Below, in pieces: positions 12,803 to 27,000 of a DNA stretch of 64,000 nucleotides. The stretch is from contig NC_092670.1 of the NCBI RefSeq assembly GCF_964355755.1, forward strand, positions 982,201 through 1,046,200. The letters run 5' to 3'. The notes beneath the pieces are model-generated. The model was not told the origin of the DNA. It searched no databases and worked only from the letters and a program-made list of their open reading frames with translations. The stretch's first letter is position 1, and each line of letters opens with the position of its first letter. The stretch is from Antedon mediterranea (taxonomy: Eukaryota; Animalia; Echinodermata). The position numbers and the translations under genes are program-made.

Positions 12803-14410
12803 TAGAATAGTGATTGTGTGCAACTATGGAAAATACAGTCAATTGGAAATTAAATGTCCAAGCCTAAATTACTTTTACAAAAGCAAAGAAAAAATAAAAA
12901 CAACTCTCCTTTGGGATGTCTATAGCATAATACGTGTAAAAAGAAAAAGTAGGAAAATATAACTGACCTGTGAATAGAAAAGATTGTAGTCTTACGCACG
13001 TCAATGAACAAAGAAGCTGAGGATCAGGAGACAAAGGATGTGACATCTTAAATAAGATCATCGGTACAACAACCATTGTACCAGCAAAGTTATGGTTTAA
13101 TTATGTATCCTATGAATTTTCAAATCCAGCCCCTCAAAACCTGTGGTTTGTATTTATACAGTACAGAATGCACGGTCTGCACCATACGTTGCCATTCCAC
13201 TCCACTCGCAACCAGTTCCTCTAAGTTTCCATTCCAAACCCACTCACCACAAGTCAGTTTCCATTCCACACCACTCACCACCAGTTTCACTTAAGTCATC
13301 ACTTGGTCATAATAAAGTAACACAGTGAATAAAGACAATTTTTCAGTAGACACAAATACAGGCTTTTAATTCTACATTAAGTGCATTGTCAGGTGAACAC
13401 CCGATTCATTCTTCATCGTATTATTTGTCATAAATGCTCATTTTAACAATTGTTCTAATAATCAATGATGTGCAAGACGATAAAGCAGTGTGAACGACGT
13501 TGCCTGGCAAAATGTATCGCTATGGAAACCCCATACATATTCTTCCAAGAAATAATATTAGATAATATAACAAGTTTTAAAAACATTGACTAAAACAAAC
13601 AAGAAAAACATTTATTATAAGATGGTCCCATAATATTCTGAATAACTTAGAAATATCTATCGACTAGCGCAAGAATAAATAAATGATATAACACACCAGC
13701 GATACACAACTTACTAACCTCAAGAGGGTGGTATACATTGTAACTACAGTCATATACCAGCCGTAAGAGGGCAGTATACATATTCTAACTGTCAAGGCTA
13801 TGATTATGATAACAATATTAATATTAAACATACTGTAAATTACTCAGTCATTAAAAATGTTGCGGAATCAATTATTAAGGAATGTTTTTACTCTTTCAAT
13901 CTTGATTGTCTAAAGTTTGGTCAATTTCTTTTTTTTCATTTGATTGTCTTTTTTCAAATCCTAAACATTTACAATAATTGTCATATAAATTAGCAGCCAT
14001 GTCATTGATGACATCATAATATTCACATCACGACCTATTATCAAGTTCATTGAACCCTGATCACATAGAAACTAATTTTTCAAACCATTTACCAAATTCT
14101 TATAGAAATTGTCAGTCACAAATAAAGGCAATAATTTGAATTCATGATACCGTATTCATAATGGAAAAAATGTCAAATACAGCAACTTTTTTCACCAGTT
14201 TTTACAAAAATCAACAACCTACCTCTATGCCTAGCCTAGTATACTAAATCTAATGTAAGCAAACATCTTATATTTTTCCCACATACCAATGAAAAAAAAA
14301 ATTAATAAAACAAAATCAGCTTGTCATTCTATTTGAAAGTTTGTCGGTTTTACTTGCAGTCTATCCTCCCTTCTCACGATTACTGCTGAAATTAATGCAA
14401 TTAACACCAA

Positions 14411-14535
14411 GTTGCTGCAGTAATACAACTGTAGCTGCTGCAGTAATACAACTCTAGCTGCTGCAGTAATACAACTGTGGCTGCTGCAGTAATACAACCC
14501 TAGCTGCTGCAGTAATACAACCCTAGCTGCTGCAG
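14411..14535. repeat. 23-bp tandem repeat (~5 copies), likely in the LLGL 3' UTR
   Basis: Unit GCTGCTGCAGTAATACAACTGTA. Confidence 0.9.
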
Positions 14536-14968
14536 TCGCATTACTGCAGTTGTTGCAGCAATAACTCTTATAGTGTGTTTCTGTTTATTGTACATCAAAT
14601 GTTGAAGCTATTTACTCTTAATAAACTGAATTCATTTATTTACTGCAGCAAACTACATATGTACTGCAGTAGAAGCTATCCAACATTGGAATGCAACACT
14701 GCAGATATCATTCATTAGACGTTGGGTGAATTGGTTCACCATATATTCTCCTAATTTGGGCGTTTACTAATTTTACAATTATTAACATTCAGTCATTTCA
14801 CAAATAATTCTATTTTAGGAACTACAGTGCAGTGTGAACCTTGCTGGGTGATACCATTGTCGTAGCGGGGGGCTGCTGTGCATTCACTGATCAGCAAAAC
14901 CTTCAATGTAAGGTTGAATTTCCTGGCAACTGCACACTGATAGCGTTACAAGACAATCACAGATATCT

Positions 14969-15025
14969 TCATTCAGTATCTTCTTTTATTTGTAATTCTG
15001 GCAATTCTTGTTTGGGTCCATTAGG
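14969..15025 (-). CDS. LLGL: LLGL terminal coding exon ([18 protein letters not shown])
   Basis: T-rich tttttag acceptor; phase 0 matches the previous exon; TGA stop. Confidence 0.7.
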   Translation of the reverse strand, partial: PNGPKQELPELQIKEDTE

Positions 15026-18000
15026 CTAAAAAAATGTTTAAAAATTCAGTTATTGAATCAAATGAAAATGAAATAATAAAATATCTGAAGAACAAAGAAA
15101 GAAATACAGTCATGCAAAAAAACACAAGTTGCAAGTTAGCCTGTCTTTTTACAACATAAGTAGGTTGTCCAATCAAGCGCTGGACTGTGATTGGTCAAAT
15201 TACTACGTTGCACCATAATCTGTCAACAACAACAAATTCTTTGGTGTTGCATTAACAACTGTACTGTAAAATGTAACAGTGTTTTCTTGAAGTCTAAATA
15301 AACCCAGTTCATTTTTACCATCCAAAATACCAGACATTATAGAATACTAGACATATTTGGCCAGCCCAAAGGTGTCCAGTATTGGGAGAGTTTACTGTAT
15401 ATATAAACAATGCTAAAACCACAATCAGCCCCAAAAAAGAGAGACTAAATATAAACAAACTATTGAAATAAGATGAAAAAAAAAACACAAATGACAGTCA
15501 ACTATCCCAAAACCAGACAAAGCTGAACTTTCCAAACATTGTTGGACTTTGACAAATGCTAGATTTCCTAGATTATTTTATTTTTTTGTGATTCTGATTT
15601 TGGGAAAGTTGATTGTACAGTTTACACACTAAAAAGAAACAAGGCAACACATGCAAGCTAGGACGAGAACAAAGCAAGTGTAGACACATTGAGTTTAAGC
15701 AGCAGTATCTATTGTTTAAGAACTGTTTATTTACCTGCTGAATATACCCACTACATGCAAACTATTTAGCTGCTGGCTGTAAACCCAAAATAAAAACAAA
15801 ACTAATTTGGTTATCTTATTACATTTAAAATGTATTCTTCATTTATGTTCTAAACATGGGGTACTTTAAAAACGTTTAAAGTAATATGTGGCTGTTTAGA
15901 AAGTTGTTAATAACATTAAGCATTTATCTGATGCCTCTTAGGGAAGTCTACAGGGTACTAAATACAAATGGATTAGTGAACAATAAATGTGGTTAATGTT
16001 ACACACACCACACACACTGTGATCTAATGGGTCAAGAGGATTAACTAACTAAACGATATGAGTTTTCTAAATTTACAATATGTTAATGAGCTTATGAATA
16101 TGCAGAATGATGTGATGTTTACATTAAAATACAGATGAGGTTTTCAATGTTACCAAGCTAATGAATCTACTAGTTTGACGAGCTCATTAACATACTAATC
16201 AGATTTACTACGCAACTCATTAATGAGATCAGTACGTATCTCATTAACATATCAATTAGTACGTATCTCATTAACATATTAATTAGTACGTATCTCATTA
16301 ACATAATAATTAGTATATATCTCATTAACATATTAATTAGTTCATATCTCATTAACATATTAATTAGTATGTATCTCATTAACATATTAATTAGTATGTA
16401 TCTCATTAACATATTAGCTAACCTCATCCGAGGCTGGTTTGTCATCCTCCTGCTTGTCCTCTGAAGCAGCTAAGTAGCAGAGAGAAAAACAAATATGATG
16501 ATGAGCACAAACATAGAGTGAGTTATGTGTACACATGCTAAAGATGCAAGTAACTGACTAACTTTTCCAATTATAGACAACTGCCATTTGTAACAACCAA
16601 CAAAATTAATTGAATTACATTTTTTAAATAATTGTTTACAAAGTTTGGCATTTAAAAACTGTGAGGAAAATTGTTTGTTAATTTGTTTATATTGATTCAA
16701 TATGGGGAATTTTTCACAAAATTTAGAAGAGATATGTATAAATCTAATTCTGGCCTTAAGTGTTCTTTAATTGGAGACAGACAAGCAGATTCAATATGTT
16801 AGAATAATGCTAGAGGGGAATAATTTGTATACTGAGAATATTGTGCAATGCTGCTTACTGAGAATATTGTGCAATGCTGCTTACTGAGAATATTGTGCAA
16901 TGCTGCTTACTGTTCGAAAACTAATCTTTATTGTCTGTATACCCTGGGACCAAAGTCCAGGAAAGCTGTATATATACACAGGGACCATGTGATGCCTTTT
17001 AATGTTTTGTCATTGTATAAAGATGGAAGCAGTTGGTTTATTGAATACATACTTAGAATAGAAGGTGCGTTATAATACACAAAATAATGAATGTTTTGTA
17101 TTCATTGAATCTTGTAAACATTCATTATTTGTGTACTATTGAAGGTGTGATGTACTAAAGCTCTGTCTACACTATCAATCTATGTGTGACAACAAATGTG
17201 ATGTGCCCATAATAATGGATGACATGTCATATCACTACTATATTTGGGCATATCACTACTATATTTGGGCATATCACTACCATATTTGGACACATAAAAT
17301 TTGTTTTTGTCAAAATAGTTTGATAGTGTACACAGAGTTTAGGACAAGAGAAGGTGTGATGTACAAGTGTATAGGTGAAATAGTATGTTAAATAGCAAGT
17401 TTGTGTTACTGGACATACAGATGGTGTAACAGAAAACTACATATAATGAGTGATCAGATATGTGAGCTTCTATTCATTTAGTCAATGTTTTGTTATTAAG
17501 AGATACTGTGAAATGTATTGATAAGTGTACATACAATACACATTCTATTACACACAATGTACATACCTTCTGATTTTTCTTGCCTGCAAAATAAAAAAAA
17601 AAATTGTTTATTTTAAATAAACATGAAAAGATCGTTTATTTGGACAAACTCGCATTTAGCCTAAGATTCTTCCACACTATCTGAAGGCTAACGTTATTAG
17701 CCTTCTGTTCTTAGGGTACAGGACTCATAACAATGTGTAGTGAAAGCACATATATACAAAACACCACTGGTGATATGTTGTCTCAACTTACGCAGGGTAA
17801 TCTTTGACCTCGTCCACAGTGATGTCTGGATTCTCCTCAGTATCTCCCTCAATACTGACATCAATCCCACTCTTTGCTAAAAGTTGGTTGACTTCTTCTA
17901 CCAATTCTACAAAACAAACACCTAGAACTTTAAGATCAAGTACTTAATGTCCATCTAAAAATATGTTAATGACAGTTAATTGTTGGTTGGACCAAGATGA

Positions 18001-21000
18001 CTGATCAAGTATTTTATCGTAATGTTTTGTTTTTTGGGGGTTTTTTGTGTGAAAAGGTTGGGAAAGATGCAAGCATACTGTCTTCTTACTCGGCAAGTGT
18101 CACCTTGACAAGGTGTTCAAAAGTTCTAACATCAACTATGATGACATATATAATAGTTCTGGAAATCCCCTTATTATCCCAATATATAAAATATAAGTTG
18201 CTGGATTTTATCCAAGCAACTTGAACCCCTAGACTACTGAAGATAGTAGAATGACACCTGTAAATAGCATGCTGTAAAATGTGGCATGCTATAACCAAGA
18301 TCATGCTGACATTTCATAGGTTTCCAATCAATTTACAATCATTCATTCTATAATGAATATGTATATCATGCAGCCTAGAACATAGGCTTGGTAGCTTTGT
18401 CTGGAAAGTCTAGGTCCTAAAGTTCCTGGTATTCTTTCAGACTATCAATTCAATGGCGTGTCCAAAGTGTGCGATAAGTGTGCTCATGCAAACATCGTTG
18501 TTTAATTTATTATCTGTTTAAATTTCTTTTGGAAGAAGAGGAGCTTCTGTTCCTAATACAGCAATGTAACATCTTTTGGTAACCACCAGATTCAATGTGT
18601 AAATTAAGTGTACCAGCCATGCAGTTATTCACAATGGTGAATTGTGTTGTGGGACAGTTTATTACCAACCAACAAGACCAGTGAATTGTGTATGGACACA
18701 AATTGTAGTGCATATTTATATAAATTACCTAATCATTCAAGATTTAAAGACCAGTGAATTGTATGTGGACACAAATTGTAGTGCAGATTTATATAAATTA
18801 CTTAATTTAAATTACGCCTTAATCATTCCAGACAAGTGAATTATGTGTGAACACACATTTTGTAGTGAAACCTCATATTAGTGTAAATTAGATACTTGCA
18901 GTGGATCATGTGAACACAGGTACTACCTGGGTAAATGATTAAAAACCACCATGCAAGAACTCAAGGCCAGATTGTGTGAAAACAAGTACATTAGACTACT
19001 TGATTGAATTGTGTGTGAAACCATGATGAAACAAGTAATCATTTTGCAAGAACAAACATCATACAGAATGTGTGTGTGAACAGGACTATAATCACTATAT
19101 GTAATAACAGTTCTTAGGATAGAAAATCTGAGAGACAGTCATACCCCTATAATATTTTATACTCTGATAATGATGGTAGAACATCCTTTTGATGACATAG
19201 ATATTTTTGTCTCAAGATACAAGTATTATACATGCAAATATTAATAGTAAAAAGAGTTTAATTCAGTTAAAAAATGTACATTATTAGTAAAATCAAGACC
19301 ATGCATATTGTTGTTGGATGAATACATCAGGTTCTTGTTAGTTGGGTACATATACACAGGTTAAAATGACATCAGAAATTAACACAGATGGAAAGCAACT
19401 GTAATAATGTTAGTCCATGAGTTGCACACTTAGCTGGATTAACATTAAATGCTATATTCAAAGAAATAAAACAGATTCTTCATTATATTTTAAGGGGTGT
19501 TTATCACATTTGGAATATAGCATTTATTATTTTATCCAGGTAAGTAGTTTTCAGGCAATTGTGTGGATGAAAAGGTTGAAGCTGGTAGAATTGAAGAGAG
19601 TAGTTAATGAGGAGGAATGTTAGCATTTCACCTAGAGGATCTACATCGTCTGCATTTGTTTCACCATCTGTTAATTTATTCTTTTCAAGCAACTTTGCGA
19701 CCTCGTTTATATAATCTGTAGAAAGAAAATGTTGGAGGAAAGAGAAACACATGAATGCTGCATTTCAAGCGAGGGCAGCAGAAGATGACAATTCAATCTG
19801 CTTTTGATTTTAGGTAATGCGTGGACGAAGCAATGTTGTGAAATGAAGTAAAAATGTTAACATTAATTAATGGATCTGTAAACACATGGTTACATTAAAT
19901 AATGGATCTGTAACACATGGTTACATTAATTAATGGATCTGTAACACATGGTTACATTAATTAATGGATCTGTAAACACATGGTTACATTAATTAATGGA
20001 TCTGTAACACATGGTTACATTAATTAATGGATCTGTAACACATGGTAACATTAATTAATGGATCTGTAACACATGGTTACATTAATTAATGGATCTGTAA
20101 CACATGGTTACATTAATTAATGGATCTGTAACACATGGTTACATTAATTAATGGATCTGTAACACATGGTTACATTAATTAATGGATCTGTAACACATGG
20201 TTACATTAATTAATGGATCTGTAACACATGGTTACATTAATTAATGGATCTGTAACACATGGTTTCATCATTCATGTTTCAATGTATTCAGGGTGAAAGG
20301 AAAGGTGAGGATATCTTCACAGGTTGTAATGTGCCCCCAAAGAACGTGCTTGACAGACAGGTGCCATATGAGGTATGAATTTAAGCCACAAGGGGTGCAT
20401 TGTGGTGACGTTTGAGTATGATAGTGCCTACTAAGAACTTTTTGTGAATGAATCAGAATTTAAAAAAAAAAAATCTGAAGAATATTTTTAAATGTGTATA
20501 CAATTAATGTATTAAAAATTATGATTTTTCTTTTGTAAAAAAGACATGTAAGTCACTCACTATAGTAACCTAAGTAAGATGCAAGTAAGTCTATTCTATA
20601 AGGGAAGGATAAGCAGGATTGGTTACTATGGTAATAAAGCCACTCAATTTACCATCTGCAGACTGCTCTTTGGCATCATCACTGGCAGCGATATCCCCAG
20701 CAGTTATCTCTGGTGTTTCTTCTTCCTTTTTCTCCTCAACCTCTTTCTTCTCCTCTTCGTCCGTTTTCTTTTCTTCTTCTGCCGGTTTCTCCTCTATCGT
20801 TTCAGCTGCAGGAGTTGCTGCTGCTGAGTCACCTTCTGCAGCTTCTTTGGGTTCTTCAGCTGCTGGTTCTGGCTCTGGTTCAACTGGTTTTGGCCTCATG
20901 CCTTCTGGCAGCTCTAACATGCACATTGGTCGAGTTACATTACGAGCAGACAAGGAGAACCTGCAAGACAATAAGGATATTAACAGTTCAAAAGATGACA

Positions 21001-24000
21001 AGTCACATGCAATATAATATCATTATACTAGACGAAAGGTATAATGTTACCCTCTAGCTGTTTAGCTTCCTGCTTGTTTATTTTGTTAGGATGATAATAA
21101 TGCTGATATTGAGAACAGTAGTAATGAAAACAAATGATAGGAAACATCCATTAAATGTGAGATTGATAAGAACAAATCGGGCCGTCTACGGGTTCCTAGA
21201 GATTTCAAATTCCACACATAGTTTTAACTCAAAGATTGTTAGATCAAAGCACAAAGCCAATATATTTTTTGCAGTAGCTTTTAATTATAATTTTAACCTA
21301 AATACAACAATTTTTATTTGGAATTGATGTACTGTATGCTTTAATGTATCTTGTTTTTTGGTAATTGTAATTTCATCTATTGTAATTATGAATGTTTTGT
21401 TTTATGTGGAACAAATAAAGATTTGAATTGTACTAACCTTTCATACTCTGACGGTGACAGCAGGTAGAATCCCTCACCCTTCGATGTAAAGGTAAGTGAT
21501 GATATTCCTTGTACGTTGCCTTTACTGATGGCGGTGTTTACGCATTGCTTTCTTAAATATGGGATACTTAGTACAGACAGGTCACCAAGGTTCGTTAAAC
21601 ATGTCACACAGTTCTCAGATACATTGTCATCTACAAATAAATGCACAAAACCGATCAAAAAAACACAATATAGCAATCTTAATGTTATTTCATGTTTGCA
21701 TGTGAACAGCATGGTCACACAAAGCAAATAATATATCAACAATAAGTATTTCAAAACAAAACATATATTTTATATTAAGTAGACAAAAAACACTTAATGT
21801 TTTCACAGTGTATTAACACTATACCTACCAAACACAAAATTATGTTCTATTTAAGCAATACAACTGCAATTCTACTTTATTGTGTCGTGTTTGAAATAAA
21901 ATAAACATCAATATCAACAACTGACTTACCTTTTATGCTACGGAAATTAATAAATGCTACTTTGCGTACTTTAGCGCCGTCCATAGCCGTCAGTTTGTAC
22001 TTCTGTATGGGCCTCAATTTGGGGAGAGAGAACACCTGAGAAGAAAGATATAAATTGTGAAGCCATTGTTACAGAATTCAAAATCAGATAAGCAATTATA
22101 ACAAAATAAAACAAGTATACAATACAAAAACACAGGACACCATTCTCCTAATTACAGAATGACATAAAGGCATTGATCATGTGATGTGAAGGAGTACACC
22201 ACAGGCTAAACTTGATCAGTCATTTGTAAACGTATGAACTAGTTTTGCTTGAATTACGTTGATACTTGAAAATTGTGCTTTTTTTTTTACAAACAGGTGC
22301 TGGATTCTTTGGAGGAAAGTAATATTATGCTTAACACAATGAACCCTGAAAAGAACACTTGTAAGATGGGGATATCTGCATTATTTGTTATACATGGTAT
22401 ACAATTACTGTATTACGATTGGAGTGGGCCTCCTAACAATACAACGAAATCAAAGCGGATGGACCATACCTTAAACTGTTCTTCTGAGCATATTATCAGA
22501 CTATTCTTAGCCATATTAGCTGGTTTTGTTCTTTCATTTTTTACATCTATTGGGTCTGGTAATGGGTACGCATCATCATCTACAACAACCAATGATACCA
22601 CAGGTGCTCCGTGCTTCAATTTAATTTCTTTGCCTGAAATTGAAATGTTAAAAAAATGATATTAAAGAAAAATTTCATAGATCAGCCTTTACTTACACTG
22701 GATCTAATTTTATCAAGTGTTATTTTATTTATTGCAAGGTGTTCTTAAAAAGGAACTTACAAATTTCTGCAGTGACCTCTGACCCCTCACGTTTCTCTTC
22801 CTCAGGCACTTCAACATTAAAGATATACACATGTCCTGCGTTGCTTCCGACCCACAAGGTATCGTTGGCAGATTCTGAATCACGAATAAAGGTTTTGGTA
22901 AAGTAGAGACAGCGCACCATACTCGTCATTGATTCGTCTGTTCCTCTAGCTTCAATCTTGCGCTCCGCAGAAGTGACCTCTTCTTGTTTTGGGCTTTCCT
23001 GTTTCTTTGGTTCTGGGGTAGCCGCCTAAAAATAGAACAATAACATTGTAATTTGAATAATACAGAAATGTGGTATTGTTAAATGTGAATGCTATATTTA
23101 TTGTATATCACATGAACTGAACAACTGAATTGAATATAGTTTATTAAGGGTGAAAATATATGTAACAAATTTAGGCTAGTTCCCTCACCAAGCACATATC
23201 ACTTAAGATGAGCACTTTATTTACCTTTTCAGCAGGAGCATCCAGGTCTGTTGTAGGTACTCCTTCCTCTTGTACTTTCTTATCCTCTGCTTTCTTCTCT
23301 TCTCTACGTTCGCGACTCTTGCTTTGTTTTTTGCCACGCCCTTTACGCATCCTCCTGATGGTTGCACGTAGCGACTTCTTCACAGACTTTCGTTTTGATA
23401 GCTGTTCACCAGCTGCAGATAAATCCAGTGGGTTGAGTGTGCACTGATTGGTTACAACCTTTTTGTGTATACTATCAATTAAGGCAAACCCATGACTGGT
23501 ACCAACAGCAGTCACACCCCATGTTGTTTGTACTGCGAGGGCTGTAATTGCGGCTGGTGGCGTGCATTGCGCAATGAATACAGGTTGGAATCCTGCCGCT
23601 GTTGTGACTGCATCTTCTTGAATTGGCAGTGCTTCATGGCCCTTCCATACAAATTTGTCTTGTTCACCTACAATTTGTACCTTGCATGTCTAAAAATATG
23701 AAATAAATTACTTTACAATATTGTCTTTTAGTCATTGATATTAAGAAATTACTGAACTCAAAGGAAAAGGAAAGGATTCAATAGTAGATGTTTTATCACA
23801 TCATATGGTGATCATTTATGGTGATTATTTTTTATTATTATTATTATATCAAAATTTATAAAGCGTCAATTCAAAGACCGAGGTACAAAATCAAAGGCGC
23901 TGGGCATATTAGTGGTCGAAAAAATGAGTTTTGAGCAATTTTTTAAATAAGGCAACAGAAGAGCAGTGTTTAATTTGTGGGGGGAGTGAATTCCAGAGTG

Positions 24001-27000
24001 TGGGTGCAGCAAAAGAAAACGATCTATGACCAAAGGTTTTAGTGGCTATGCGTGGAACAGAGAGTAAAAAATCATCAGATGATCTAAGAGTTCGTCCAGG
24101 AACATGATGATTAATTGACGGATGTAAGCAGGTTGGTTGAAAAGAAGTGCTTTAAAAGTAAGGAGCAAGATTTTAAATTTGATTCGATTGTCAATGGGGA
24201 GCCAGTGAAGTTCTCGAAGAACAGGTGAAATGTGAGAGCGACGGTTAGTGAACGTAATGATACGAGCAGCCGAGTTCTGTAGTCGTTGAAGACGATTAAT
24301 TTGAAAATTCGGAAGGGCATAGAACAGAGAATTGCAATAATCAAGACGAGAAGAGATAAAACCATGAATGATAGAGGATGTGGAGCGTATCAAAAGAAAA
24401 CGTCGAATGTGTGCAATATTGCGAAGATAAAAGTTTACTGATTTAGTAATATAACTGATGTGTGCTTGCATGTTTAGAGATTCGTCAAGTAAGTTTTATA
24501 CCAAGATTAGTAACTAATTGAAACGGATGTATGAGTGATGAGCCAATAGTAATAAAATGGGGTGCTATTTTGGTACGAATATGATTAGTACAGAAAATGA
24601 TGTATTCAGATTTATTATCATTTAATTTGAGGAGATTGGTTGAAAGCCAGGTATGGATGTCTTTAAGGCAATTCTCAAGGCGTTCAATAACAATAAGTAG
24701 ATTATGTGGATCAAAAGGAATATACAACTGAATATCATCAGCGTAGAAATGATAAGAGATGTTGAGATATGTATAAGAGAAAAGAATCGGGCTAAGGATG
24801 GATCCTTGAGGGACTCCGCAATCCATATATTTAGGCGACGATCTAACACCAACTATTTACCTCAATAGTGGCGGTTTTTTCTTCAGTTGCAATCTTCATG
24901 TGAATAACCTGACCGGCAGTTCCAGCAATCACCAATGTACCACTCAAGGAACACAAGTTCATTTTCTGAATACCAAGACGAGGGTCATCACTGTACGGGT
25001 CGAAAACACCAATCTAAAAAAACAATATTTAATATTTTAATGTATTCCTGTGTTGATATGTTTATTTACCTACATAAATTAATGTTTTTATGATTATTAT
25101 AAATATTCATTTCACATTTATTCAGTTATCAACTCGGGCACACTATAAGCAAAGCTCAAGGACCCATGCATAGGAGTTGGTCGTAATGTTAAAACTTATA
25201 TATTTTCCTCGTTAATTTCACAGGAAAGTATCAAAGGAGGGGTTGTACTATACCTTTCTGAATGGAGGCCATTCTTCCTCACTGTCTGCACCCGCTGATG
25301 GGTCCACATGATCAGCATCTGTCACAAACAACGGCGCTGTGCTCAGTTTGTACAAGAACTTCAAAGCTACGGTTGACGCATCCCAGAACCGGATTGACCC
25401 ATCTTCATGACCTGTCATCAACAGGTCATGCTCCATTGGGCTCTCTGCTAAGTTTTTACCTCCATTAAGGGGCCATTCCTAAGCAATCAAAGAAAAAGAA
25501 GTCAATATTTATTTCCATGAAGGTATTATACAACTAGAGAGTCAAATCACAGCTCAATTAGAAGTAAACCATGGAAGGGCACCATCAAATATGGCATTAT
25601 TTCTGAAAGTCTATGCAAAACCTTTTGTCAGGAACACTTTAATGTTTAACATAGAAAGGTTTCTTGACAAGATGAACAATTCATGGGGGAATTATAATAT
25701 ATAGCTATAATTCTTCCATGATATAAGATATTAGGTCTGGTAAAACCCAGCATTTTGTGGAATGAATCAGATCTTGAATGCAGTGTTATTGACAAAGACA
25801 ACTTACCCTCTGTGAACATATGGAGGCAATTTGCTGTTCTCCGGCTGCTGTGATCTTATCCCACAATTCTGAAGGCACATTACTGACATGATGTGAACAT
25901 GTGATCGCTGACGCGTGAAGTGATGATAGGTATGGTAATGTAAAAGATGGCCATCTGTAAAAAAAAGGTAAACAAAGTATATTAAATTTTGCTTGAATTG
26001 TAGTAGCTAACACTAACAGACTATATTTAATTTAATTTCATCGCAAAAGAAATATACAATGACGCAGCAAAACAGAATACATATCAAAGAGTTCAAAATC
26101 AACAGGTTCATAAAAAAGAGAAATATCACGGTCAAGTGGCTCACCAAAATGGAGCATGAAAAACAAAAAAAGGTTTCTAAAAATGATTAAAATATAATTT
26201 ATAATTAATGAGTAGTTAAAATTTTAGACGAAACGGTCAATAAATATTGAGTGGAAAGTTGAACATAGCTGACCACATGACGTGTTCATAGCTGACCACA
26301 TGACGTGTTCATAGCTGACCACATGATGTGTTCATAGCTGACCACACATGTTCAGAGCTGACCACAAGATGGTTTAAAGCAGATCACAAGATGTGTTCAA
26401 ATATTTAGGTATATTTACCCTTCTGATTGTAAATCAATGAATACCAGTTCTTCTTCCACCAAGACAACCAGAGTGTGTGGTTCATCAAATTCTAGAAACA
26501 AATATATTATGTTATTTTTAAATTTCTATATCTTAAGCTAAACTGTCTGTAAATATCGCTAAGATATTTTAACACCGCACCACAAGACTACGGAGTATAA
26601 GTCGTGTCATTGGCATTGACTTTCAACAGCAGCATAGTTTATCATAAAATGATATTGGCCAAAAACACTTTAATATAATTATAGACTCTTGTTGTTATTC
26701 GAAATAGATTATATTTTCAATCACGAATCATTAGAATACAAAATGTATCATACACACAAGATAACAAAAATATCTAGAACAAATTAACAATCCAAGTCCA
26801 TCATCATAAGAGATGCGTTGCCAAGCAATGAAAAACAAACTGAATCAATTTCATCTTCTAACTTCCGCTAAACCTTGCATTAGTAGGCGTTGGCAACCAA
26901 ATCCAATATTCCTTATTGTCACAGTATGACGCACCACAGATTAACTATATTTTGTCTAATTATTATTGATCATATACTCTTCATAATAAATAACAGAATC

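Noticed and set aside
16170-16445. Repetitive ORF (LINMLMRY)n
   Set aside because: It is the translation of a 27-bp minisatellite.
20579-21057. Plus-strand Ser/Phe-rich ORFs
   Set aside because: They are antisense shadows of the low-complexity LLGL exon 19.
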